The translations under genes were made by a program, and so were the position numbers. A DNA stretch of 64,000 bases from NCBI GenBank assembly GCA_051530055.1, contig CM121341.1:3941761-4005760 (forward strand), written 5' to 3'. Origin of the DNA: Neoechinorhynchus agilis (lineage: Eukaryota > Animalia > Acanthocephala). Under the pieces are notes generated by a model. It ran no database searches, was not told the origin of the DNA, and saw only the letters and a program-made list of their open reading frames with translations. Shown one piece after another: positions 12,721 through 23,089 of the stretch (its first letter is position 1; every line of letters begins with the position of its first letter).

Positions 12721-13052
12721 TTGGTTGTCGAGGGAATCGCAACCTCGAGAGAGAGAAAAATGCGTGAGAAGAGAAAGTACCATTGTGATGAATGAGGGGC
12801 AATGTCCGTCGGTATACTAATCTTTCTGCATACACAATGGTTGCGAACTCTGCTTCTTGTCGAGTTATGAAAACGCCCCGAAAAAAGCCGAAAAAGGCTC
12901 GCCAAATGAATCGATATATTGTTTTGGGGCAACGTACAATACATATCTTCGGGAAAACATTAGTGTTATTGTTTTGGGACCTATTTTTGGTATAAAACGA
13001 GAGAGAGCGTACCTCGTTGGATATATCGGATCAAGCCGAATAAATCATCGTT

Positions 13053-13487
13053 ATGGATTCGACTAAGGAGAAAAAGAAGCCTCAGTGTTACGGAAATGAG
13101 GGAACTTTAGATGAAGTAATGAGGTGCCTTAAAGAGATCAATATCCAGGTACTACTTACTAAACGCGATCATCGTCGCAATTTCTATGCTCTTCATTATG
13201 CTCTTAAAGAGTGGCGCGGCTATCCATTGCCATATATGCGCCATGCCACTCTTTATTGCGACACTCGAGAATGTCAGAAGTTCATTGACTACTTTAAATT
13301 GGACGTAGATTTTCGGACAGATGAAGCCATCATTATCACGATCATGTCAAATCGTTCATGGGGAAAGTCGGATGAATGGTATACACTAAAACGAATAGAT
13401 GATAAATTCGAATGCATAAAAATTGGACACAGAGTACGTGTCAAACGTCAAGAAGAGATAGACTTAAACCGCGATCCAGACGGTTAA
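13053..13487 (+). CDS. hypothetical 144-aa protein (orphan ORF)
   Basis: ATG-initiated 144-codon ORF with balanced composition in AT-rich DNA, ending 90 bp from the PARN-like stop; no domain recognised. Confidence 0.35.
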   Translation: MDSTKEKKKPQCYGNEGTLDEVMRCLKEINIQVLLTKRDHRRNFYALHYALKEWRGYPLPYMRHATLYCDTRECQKFIDYFKLDVDFRTDEAIIITIMSNRSWGKSDEWYTLKRIDDKFECIKIGHRVRVKRQEEIDLNRDPDG

Positions 13488-13577
13488 TTTGATAAAAACA
13501 TTAATGCTAAAATAAAGATTCGTTAATGCTTTTAATAGTCGTCATACACACACACTTTTTTACTTTATTGCTATCTT

Positions 13578-15161
13578 CTAGTTTCCAATTATATTGAAAT
13601 ATCTATACATTGCAGCTGCCACCACAATGGCGATCGAAGCAACGGCGGTTTTAACGGCGGTTTTATTACCCACAACGGTTGTGCTCGGTTGTATTGACTT
13701 TGGTCTAATCTGAGTCAAACCCAAATATTTAGTTTTCTTTTCGTTTCCGTGTTTGCTTAGAAGATGGTTGCGACCTTCTTTACCGCATCGAACCATTAAT
13801 TCGAGATAATCACAGTTTGGATCAAATGATACGACGTCAAACTGGAACGGGGTGAGAATATGGCTCAAATTCGGGAACGAGTAACCATTAGGAATATAGA
13901 GACTTTGAACTTCAAGCTTATGAACGATATCCTTTCGCGACCTGAGATCGACGTAAGGACAGGCTGCCTTTATCAGATTAATCTTATTTTCAAACTTATC
14001 GAAACTTACGCCTAAAAGTGAGCTCATTTTGCTCAATTGAACAAAAAGACATCCGCACATAAACGCATCGAAACCGGCATCATGCGCCTGTCCTTTCATA
14101 TCCTTGGGATTTTCAACAAACGCCTTAGTGTAAGAAAATTCATTGCCTTCATCAGGCTCACAAAGTTCTAGTCGGCTAAGTTCGTTTAGTTTCACGCTTT
14201 TCTCGATACACATTGTCCTGAATATTGGTCCGAGGCTTGTAGATTGATTCGTGGGAAACATTTTTTTTCTCTCGTCATTGTAAATGACATCCAGAATGTG
14301 TTTAGTGTCGAATATTCGAGGAAATAGTCGTCTACATTGCTCTTTAAACTTCTCAGGTGAATCTAGCGAAAGTGGCTCGAAACAATGCTGAATGGTCAAC
14401 ATGATGTCTAGCATTCCATTGTGACAAACAATAGGTACATTCGCCATTCTAATTTCATTCACTACTTCGAAGAGACCATTGACCAATCGGAAATCAGGTT
14501 CAATCGCAGAACATTCTTTTTTAGTCAATTTCAGTTCATTAAGTTTATCCAAGAATTGAACGTCGAAACCGTAGACCTCGGATATTTTTGCTGCGTACAG
14601 GTTTGTTGTTCGATTCGATGGAACGTTTATTATTAGTGGTTCTTTTTGATCCCATTTATTGATTGCACAAAATGTTTCTTGATTGAGATAGTATGGCTTT
14701 CGATACAATTGCTGCAGGATTTCACGCTCTTGTTCTCGCAAGAGACCAATACCATGAAGGAAGCACTTGTTAAAATCGAATCCGTGAACGGATAAAAACT
14801 CAATCGACGAAGCCTGACATGTAAACATGCGCGGTAATTCAAACTGGAACTCTGGCACTGATCGGGGATATGTCCAAATATTGAAAGATTGAACTTTGTA
14901 TTTCTCTTTTCCGAAATCGTTTTGGTGGTCAACACTGCTAAACACAGTGAAACCAAATTGGAGAATAGTGGAATCAGCGCATAGTCTAGCTAGTTTCGGG
15001 TATCGTTTTGAAAAGTCTTCAGTTAGCAATGGAAGGCGGAATTTTGGGTCATAGGCAGATACCGATGTGAACTCGGTATCGAACGATACAAAAGTTGCAT
15101 GCGTCAAAGATTCTCGAATTTTGGCCAGCGAATCAACGAAATTCGATCTTGTTATGTCCAT
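13578..15161 (-). CDS. PNLDC1: PARN/CAF1-family DEDDh 3'-5' exoribonuclease with C-terminal hydrophobic anchor (PNLDC1/Trimmer-like), single exon, 527 aa
   Basis: Catalytic motifs SFDTEFT, PIVCHNGMLD, IFDTK, AHDAGFDAFMCG. C-terminal TAVASIAIVVAAAMYRYF segment. PARN family is secure; PNLDC1 versus PARN rests on the tail anchor. Confidence 0.8.
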   Translation of the reverse strand: MDITRSNFVDSLAKIRESLTHATFVSFDTEFTSVSAYDPKFRLPLLTEDFSKRYPKLARLCADSTILQFGFTVFSSVDHQNDFGKEKYKVQSFNIWTYPRSVPEFQFELPRMFTCQASSIEFLSVHGFDFNKCFLHGIGLLREQEREILQQLYRKPYYLNQETFCAINKWDQKEPLIINVPSNRTTNLYAAKISEVYGFDVQFLDKLNELKLTKKECSAIEPDFRLVNGLFEVVNEIRMANVPIVCHNGMLDIMLTIQHCFEPLSLDSPEKFKEQCRRLFPRIFDTKHILDVIYNDERKKMFPTNQSTSLGPIFRTMCIEKSVKLNELSRLELCEPDEGNEFSYTKAFVENPKDMKGQAHDAGFDAFMCGCLFVQLSKMSSLLGVSFDKFENKINLIKAACPYVDLRSRKDIVHKLEVQSLYIPNGYSFPNLSHILTPFQFDVVSFDPNCDYLELMVRCGKEGRNHLLSKHGNEKKTKYLGLTQIRPKSIQPSTTVVGNKTAVKTAVASIAIVVAAAMYRYFNIIGN

Positions 15162-15367
15162 CTAAAACAAAAACAAGGAGCTTTCTATCGGGTTCCAGCC
15201 GTGCGCGTGATTGATTAAGTCCTTGGAAGTTTAATGATAAAAAGACATTTATTTCCCGAAGTTTCCAAGTCTTAAGGCTTCTTAAGGAGTTAAGGAAACG
15301 CCCAACACTACAACTGACCGCCCAAGTGTCCACTAAAACAAAAATTGCTACAAACAAATAAAAATAT

Positions 15368-15534
15368 TAAAAGTGATGTTTAGGTATTTAGCCAGTAAAT
15401 AATTTTTTTATTAGAGACATTTTGTGCCTCGTCGGGTTCATGGTGTGTTTTTTAATTATTATACAAGTTTAAGACCTCGAAACATCTTTAATAAAAAAAT
15501 TATTTCCTGAATGAAGACCCAAATAAGACTTTTA
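15368..15534. repeat. degenerate palindromic hammerhead-family mini-element
   Basis: Inverted arms (CAGTAAATAATTTTTTTATTAGAGAC / CATCTTTAATAAAAAAATTATTTCCTG) with CCTCGTCGGGTTCAT; core eroded. Confidence 0.6.
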
Positions 15535-17021
15535 ACCTTTTGTGTGTGTTTGTAGCAAGTTTTGTTTTCGAAAATGGACACTTGGAAGAGGGCCGTTGTT
15601 TTAATGATAAAAGGACTTTTTTATTTCCAGAGGTTTCCAAGTATAAAAGTTTCTTCGTTAAAATCTTTATAAAAATCTTTAGATTTCTCTTTCGTTTTGT
15701 TAAAAACAAAAATATTTTTTACTGAAAAAAAAACATTTCTGAAATAATTCCTCAAAAAATTACAAACTGCATTAAATTCAGTTATTTTTTTTGCATTTTA
15801 TTAGACAAATTACTCGAAGATAATTGTATTAGAATCATCAAAGTCCGATGCATTGAACGCGGTCAAAATCCACAGCCGGAAAAAACGATAAAAAGGAGAT
15901 TTTTAAATGATTGAAACGCTCAAAATAAAACAAATTCAGTGAAGAAAATCAAATTTTATCGAGACTTTAAAGAAATTATTTGCAATAATTAAAAATTATC
16001 TTTAGAAAAAAATTTGGTATGAGCGAGTTTTAATATGAGAAAATCAAAAAATAGCATCCTATAAACTCAAATGAGCGATCATTGAAATACGAGTTCCGCT
16101 GAAAATTATGTTTATTTGTAACCAAAATCGATGATAGACGACCGATTTCCTTAAGAATGATTTTATTGCATTTTGAAAAAAATTATTCGATCGAGTTTTT
16201 CCTTCGAGGGATTCAGTTCATTTTCTCTATATGCGGCGAGTTTTTTTCTCCTCAAGATTTATTTACATGCAAATTTTCGAGGCTTCAACTTCCTTATCAA
16301 GCATTGTTTACAAGTTTGAAAAAACTTGAAAAACAAACAAACAAACTTACAAGCAATGCTTGAAAAGGAGGTTGTCGAAAATTTGCATGTTTACAAATAA
16401 ATCTTGAGGAGTAGAAAATTAAAATATTATTAAAAATACAGTGAAACATAAAGATGGACGAATTTCTAAAACTGAGATTTTTTTTCAAAATGTTCCCACG
16501 CTAATCGAATTTAAAACATGGACAATTCACAAAATGCTTTGCATTATAAAGGAATTTTTGAGCAGTAACGTAAACAAGTCCACAATAAAATATTATTAAA
16601 AAGTGAACGAAACACGGGCCACATCTACAAAAATTGATTAACTCGGCATTTTTCTTAAAGATAAAACGTAAAAATGTCATAATTGGGGATATTGTGAAAC
16701 GATCGATCCGTCGCACCACCAGAAAAAGAAACTTCTACAGAATATTTCATTAGAAAGCCTCGCATCAACGATTTTTTCACGATAAGAAAAACATCCGAAT
16801 ATAAAAAAAGGGAAAATCCCTGCAAAATATACAGTTCCCTTAGCAATTCTTTCGTGTCCTACAGTCATCAAATCGACGATTTTTCTTTTGTTGAACGAGT
16901 TGCGCCCTGATTGATGCTGCGGGTGAATTTTGGTTGAACAAAATTTTAATGGCATTTTTGAAATAGATTAAAACGTTAAATGTTCGCAACTTGTAAACCG
17001 ATAAATGTTGGTTTTTGTTCT

Positions 17022-17415
17022 TCAATCTTCATCATCGGTCGATGCAGGAGTTTTAGCGTTACAGAATTTGGTAATCGTGTACACGATATCCATCGCGGTC
17101 ATATTTTCAGTCTTCAAAATCACTTGTTCGTCGTCGACAAACCGTAAATGAATTTGTGGATCAGAAGAGTCCGATTTTATTCGAGTTCGAATAGAACAAA
17201 GGGCGTTTGTTGACCGCACTTTAGGCTTACTGATGCCAGTCAAGAAATCACTTAATGAAAATCTATAAGAAATAAATTGAGCAAAAAACATACCGAATCG
17301 ATCGTGTCTTTTCATGAAATGGATCAAATTGAATAGTTACGGTTTTACAAGGTTTCAGATTCACGAATGCGTAAAGCTTACGGGTCATCTCAAGGAAACG
17401 CGGTTGCGTGTTCAT
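17022..17415 (-). CDS. MRPL53: mitochondrial ribosomal protein L53; exons 17415-17294 and 17250-17022
   Basis: LKPCKTVTIQFDPFHEKTRSIR/DFLTGISKPKVRSTNALCSI...DSSDPQIHLRFVDDEQVILKTENMTAMDI aligns with mL53 (LRPVKQVRVQFCPF...EKVRSTNLNCSV...DGSEP). 43-nt GT-AG intron. Confidence 0.88.
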
Positions 17416-17444
17416 CTTAAAAAGAAGAACACAAACATTAAAAC

Positions 17445-17990
17445 TTTTTTTTCTAGGTTTTACAATAATAAAGTACAAAACCTTCAATCACCACCGTCCG
17501 CAAAATAAGAGCTTCCCCCCTTCCTCGGCGGTCGCTATCACGTTAGCAGCATTGCCTCGTTGTACTGCGAGCGATATATTTTGTCGCAGGAATACACCTG
17601 CTCGTGCGTCGCCGGTCGTTTCTCTCAATTTCGTCGAGAGATCCTGGAGTCGAGTGAGTGCCAAGATGCCAAGCGCTCCATACGTCTCTACCCCAAAGGG
17701 GACAAAATAGTTGGCCCTTGCTAAATCCTTATATTTTCGTACCTTCCTTCCGCTGCACTGGCGGCACCTCCAGCGATTTCGAGAGAGTAGGGAATGTTGC
17801 TTACTGCGAGGGACGTGGCGTCCCAGAGAAGGCATTTGCCCTCCCGCCCCGGAAAGATCGAAATTCCGTCAGGTCGAAGACCGTCTAGTCGACAAAGATG
17901 GGCGGGTTCCAAGATGTTGGGGAAGTTTGCCGTTCGCAACGCCCGAGAAATTACGCTATTGATCTCAGAATGGCGTGCGAGCACGATAAA
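17445..17990 (-). mobile_element. 3' fragment of the CRE-like retrotransposon family seen at 10.2-12 kb
   Basis: RHSEINSVISRALRTANFPNILEPAHLCRLDGLRPDGI...SLAVQRGNAA, and a 3' UTR (GGTGGTGATTG..TTTTGTACTTTATTATT) shared with 11940-11975. Confidence 0.9.
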
Positions 17991-18199
17991 TCTTTTGACA
18001 CCATTGAACGTCATTGATTATAATTCTTCCGTGTCGTAGAAATTGTTTTGAAAATTTTTTTGTCCCCTTTTCCGGATTGCGCTTCTATGCGTTCTTAGCG
18101 CGCGGGATTTGAACTGAGATCTTTATTGATTGTTCAGTGTCAATCCTTTATTGGATCTCGTTGCGGCATTGTTCGATTAATTCGATGAGTGAAATCGAT

Positions 18200-18600
18200 G
18201 TTGGTTGCTTTCTTTGATCTTCATTTATCTACGATTAAATTTTTGGCTTCAAACATTTCCTTGATCTTTGAGCCTCTAGCTCATATCATCAATTCTAGCT
18301 TTGAAGCGGGGATTTTTCCAGATTACCTGAAGACCGCTCGCGTCATTCCTATCCCTAAGGCGGGGAAACCCGTTTCTCCGACTTCCTTTCGCCCTATCTC
18401 TCTCTACTCTCGCCGTTTTGTTAAAATTTTGAAAATTTTTTCAAAACTCGCATCCTCCCCATCTTCTTACAAAACATTTCGTCGAAGCAATTCGGCTTCC
18501 GACCAGGATATTGTTGTATCGACGCCCTCTTGTGCATTTACGATTCGATCCTGCGCAATCTTGACCAAGAACCTGTGCTAAGTACGCTATTGATTGTGCT
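18200..18600 (+). mobile_element. CR1/Jockey-type non-LTR RT fragment
   Basis: PLAHIINSSFEAGIFPDYLKTARVIPIPKAGKPVSPTSFRPISL; related to the 31-32 kb element. Confidence 0.8.
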
Positions 18601-18659
18601 GGCATAAATGTGCATGTAAAAAAGTGTGTTGTGCACACAGAGTTTTTTTGAAATAAAGA

Positions 18660-20287
18660 AGGATCGCTGTTTGGTTCATCCATCATGCCAACATCTGGCG
18701 ACGAGGACAAATGGAAGACATGGATGGAGGGTATCATGGGACAGCAAGAGGTGTGGATGGAAGAGATGTTCAAAATGGGGTCCAAGACCCAGATCGAACA
18801 GAAAAATGTGATACGAGGAGCACAGATAACCCCGTTTTGCCCTTTCGATGGAGTCGAGAACTGGGCCGAGTACGTAGAACAAGCCGAAGCCCCCATGAAA
18901 ATCAATGGAATCAAGGAAAGCGACGAAGAAAAGCGTAGATCATGTCTGTTGGCCTGGATGGGTCCGAAGATTTACACAGAGCTAAAGAAGATGGTAGCCG
19001 GCCGACCATTCGGCGACGTCAGCTGTGTAGATGTCAAGTCGCCCAATGCACCAGATAACGGCGCGCTACCTTTTTAGTACATGCCGTAAAGCAGAAGGAC
19101 AAACTCACGCCGAGTGGGTTACAGCACTACGAGGATGCGGTTTCCACAACAAGGAAGTTAAGGATGAACGATCAGCGGTCGACGAAAGGATTAAGGATCA
19201 TATAAGCGTGGCGACACCTTAGAAAGCTTTAAGAAAAGCTGCGATGCAACACAAGGATTCAGCATCATTGGCGGAAGTCTTAAAGATTGCCGAAGCGATC
19301 GAGGTAGCAGAAAAGGCGAGTGGGCTGTTGTGTGATTCAAAAAGTAACGAGCGTTCGGATCAAAGAGGAGAGATCGAGGTTGATCGAATAATAAGAAGGC
19401 AAAGGTTCACAAGGAAATCAGAGGATAAGCGAGTACAAGAACCGAAAGGGAAGTTCGGTAATCGATGCGGAAAGTGCGGATTCGTTCATCGAGATAAAGT
19501 TCAATGTCCGGCAAGTAGAGGAAAATGTTACAAGTGTGGTATTAGCGGACATTTTGCCCGAATGTGTAGAAAAGTGTGGGTGAGACAAGTGGAAGCCGTG
19601 AAAGGAGTCTAGCCTAGAGAGGATGAGTGGGAATTTAAGAAAGATTATGGTTGTTATGGGCTGATCTGCACTGCAAATGACGAGGGTAATCGAGCAGAAA
19701 TAACGGCGAGGGTCGATGGATGTCAAGTGACAATGAATTTTGATACTGGCGCGGAAGTTAGTATCATCGACGAGGATATGTGGAGTAAGATCGGAAAGCC
19801 GAGTTTGAAACCGACGAAGCGATTGAAGGCGTTTGGGGGATCCGAAATCGATTGTCTGGGTAAGTGCAAAGTGAGAATCGAAACAAGAGAGATAAAGAAG
19901 AATACAGTGGTGCACGTGGTAAAAGGAACGAAGGGATGTCTACGGGGGATTGACTGGACAAAGCTGTTTGATATGGAGTTACCCCCTTCAATGATCGTCA
20001 GGGGAATAAAGACCGTACAGGAGTCAGTGGATGAGATGCTAAAACAGTTTAAAGTACTTTTCGAGAAGTGTACCCCCATCAGAAATTTCAGAGTAACACT
20101 GCCGATTGCAGACGGTGCTCAGCCCACGTGGATGCCAGCGAGGAGAGTGCCGTGGGCATTACAGGATGCGGTAGTTAAAGAAATGGAACGATTGACGAAC
20201 AAGGGGGTTTTGGAACGAGTGGAGACAGGCGACACAAATTTAGAATGGGGAACCCCTATGGTCCCCCAACTTCACACCATTTCTTAA
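18660..20287 (+). mobile_element. Ty3/Gypsy LTR retrotransposon remnant (gag, zinc knuckle, protease, start of RT)
   Basis: ENWAEYVEQ gag motif, CYKCGISGHFARMC knuckle, FDTGAEVSII protease, PARRVPWALQDAVVKEMERL...EWGTPMVP; frameshifted and truncated. Confidence 0.88.
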
Positions 20288-20599
20288 TTGCATCGGGCTT
20301 CAGTAAAATATTTCCTCTCACACCTCTCCGAGTGCAAAAAACGTAGCTTAAGGGAAACATTAAAATCGCTGAAAAGGAAGTCTGCCGGCATTAAGTAAGA
20401 TCTCTATTATTTGTTTGTTGTGCCTCAAATGAATCTTTTTTAATGCGTATATATTACCTTTTTAAAATCCATTCCCTAAAAATGAATAGAAAAAATGGTT
20501 TAAGAAAGATTTGGTTAGATATTGTTACAGATAATAGAAGGTAAATGATTCGACCTCAAAATGGAGGCCCCGACTTTCGAGATTTAATGGAAGACAGTA

Positions 20600-21612
20600 T
20601 TTTGCTCAAAATCGATTATTAGTTTTTATTCGATAAAACTTGAAGCTATCTAATAATTCAAAGATGAACTTTTTTACGTGACATCTTAGAAAAAGAATAA
20701 AATAGCTACAATTTAAAAAGACATCGAGCAAGAAGACTACATTGCTACATTTCACGCCGTGTGCCAATAAATTACACGACCCGTGAATTCTGTTTTTTCG
20801 TACCTTTCAAATTGCCGTCCGTTTTGTATCGCGTTGCATCCGTTTTCCTCGCATCGTTCTGTTTTGTTCTCCGATGAATCGAGCGATTTAGGTGCCTATG
20901 GTAGAAGATTCGAACCTATTGAAGGTGTCGTAGCGCTTCATTGTAAGTAATCCTGAAGTTTTCAATGTTTGTTATTAAACGTTTCAATTGGTTCATTGAC
21001 CATCGCCAAAAACACTGCCGAAGGAAAAATTACTAAGATATTCTCGTAAATTGAAAGAAAGCATAGCGATTGGCAGGAAACAGTAAATTTGTTTTGCTTC
21101 TTTGCAAACCTTTCATTGCGAGCTGCGCTACTAAGCCGCTTACAATTCCTTTAATGCTCAACAACCGTACGACAAATCGATCAGAAAAGCATAATGAAGA
21201 AATCAAATTTCATTTGCATTCATTTTATGGGAATGAAGTATGGAATCAGAGCTGTAGATTATTGCCTTCGTTCCCGTGACGGCGTCTAAGCGCCTCATTG
21301 TAAGTAATATTCCTAGAAATTATTGGAAACGTCGTTATTCCAATTTTCTTTTAAAAATTTATTACATAATTAGTGAATTCAATTTGTTGCATTGCCGAAT
21401 TCTTTAAGATTTATCGGTAGTGTAAAATGTTCTAGATGAACGTTTCTTATCTTCATTTGTGCCTTAGGATATTCGTAGTAAATGTTGGTCTTGTAGTTTG
21501 ATTAAAGGTCCTATAAAAACGAATAAATCTGAGTTTCATCCAGGCGAAGGTTTTGTACTATCAATGTTCTATTCAATATCCAAAATACGTGCTATTTTTT
21601 TAAAACTTTTTA
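20600..21612 (+). repeat. segmental duplication, copy 1 (copy 2 at about 36985-38207)
   Basis: Collinear, near-identical sequence, for example TTCAAAGATGAACTTTTTTACGTGAC, GACATCGAGCAAGAAGACTACATTGC and CCAAAATACGTGCTATTTTT, at both loci. Confidence 0.9.
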
Positions 21613-21925
21613 AACGCTGGTCGTGGTTTCCACTGGCTAATTGGTATATCCACACATCCAGGAACGGAAACTTACCATGGTCCTCCTCCTCCTCGATCGT
21701 CCACTGAATATTGTCGTCCCTTCCATTCAGTTCATGTTTAAGGCCATTCATATTAGTCTCTGAAGGGTCGATCAACAGAAACGTGTCGTCCACATATCTG
21801 AACCAGATATTAACCCCCTGTATCGACGGCAAATGTTCGTCCTTCCAGTGCCGCATATACAGCTCAGCAAGCACAGGGGTTAACGGGCTGCCCATGGCTA
21901 CTCCATCTTTCTGGTCATAGTCGAT
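21612..21925 (-). mobile_element. Penelope-like family 3 RT fragment (truncated copy of 49057-50160)
   Basis: MGSPLTPVLAELYM...WFRYVDDTFLL...GKFPFLDV; nearly identical to 49850-50160. Confidence 0.88.
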
Positions 21926-22957
21926 GCTCGTGTCGGAAGGCGATGGTTATGCATCGCGATTCCCATCACCCCTGGGTTATTAAGCAGGCAATTTACACCC
22001 AGATGCATAAGACCGCACGAAGTTGCTCATCATCCGATGCAAAACGTTCAGCAGTTCAGAAGGTCAATTATTTATTTGCTGATAATGGGTATTCAAGTAA
22101 GGAAATCAAGCAGCTTCAAATGCGTTCAGAAAGGGTAAATCAGCATGGAAGCGATGGTTTTTACCAAGAATCAGTCCGACCTCAAGCCGATTATGAAGAT
22201 ACCGTTTGTCAGCGAGCAATTTACGAGCGACGTTAAACGACTGCTGCAAAAGTCGGGACTGGATGTACGCTTTGTTCACCGAAATGCACCCAACCTGCGC
22301 CGAATACTGACGAGGAAAGGACATCATGAATCGCCCAGTGAATGTCCAAAATCATGCATGGTGTGCAGCTATTCGCCGGGCACAAGCAGGGACAAGAAAG
22401 GAGAACGAGAAGTGTCTCTTTGTAGCCGTAGCAACGCCGTTTATGAAATCTCGTGTGAACGATGCAAGGCAGATGCCAATCGAAAGTTTTTTTAATATCG
22501 GGAAAACAGAACGACCGTTGTACAAACGCGTCACTGAACACGTCCGCAATGCGCTGAATCTCAATGCTCAATCGTACCAAACGACACCGTGGGCCGAGCA
22601 TTATTTGCGTGGTCATCCGGACGGGGAACACAGCTTTCCGCGGATATTGGGTAATTTGCCCAGGATCCAGTGGATTTGGCGATCACGGAGGAACTGCTGA
22701 TATCTCTTGTGAGACGAAAGGCGTGACTCGTGAAGGTGCTCAACAAAGGGAGGAAATATAGACACACCTCCGTCCATGATGTTATTGTGTGTTCGCATAA
22801 TATGTCCACCTCGTGTTTTAAACGGCCCTGTCGAACTCGTAAAACGACGAAGGCTCGGCAAAAAAAATGAAAGTCTTGTTACGGTCGATTGTCAAAATAT
22901 ATAAAAAGAGTGATTTAACCTGCGACTGGGAAACCAAGCTGCAGTTCACGCTATTAT
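21926..22957 (+). mobile_element. Penelope-like family 1, 3' part (thumb, GIY-YIG, terminal repeat)
   Basis: HRDSHHPWVIKQAIYTQMHKTARSCSS...NAVYEISCERC...YIGKTERPLYKRVTEH; terminal repeat 22824-22957. Confidence 0.88.
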
Positions 22958-23089
22958 GATTTTATTATGGGTTTTACTTGAAAATAGTAAATTATTTCCA
23001 CTTAAAATCTATCACTATGGCTAATTTAATTTGTAGCTAAGGATGGTCTTAACTGATGAATGAACGAAGCCACTTTCGGTTTCGCACCT

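Noticed and set aside
16500-16955. Minus-strand ORFs between MRPL53 and the PARN-like gene (possible middle operon gene)
   Set aside because: No consistent exon chain or recognisable motif; AT-rich low-complexity translation.
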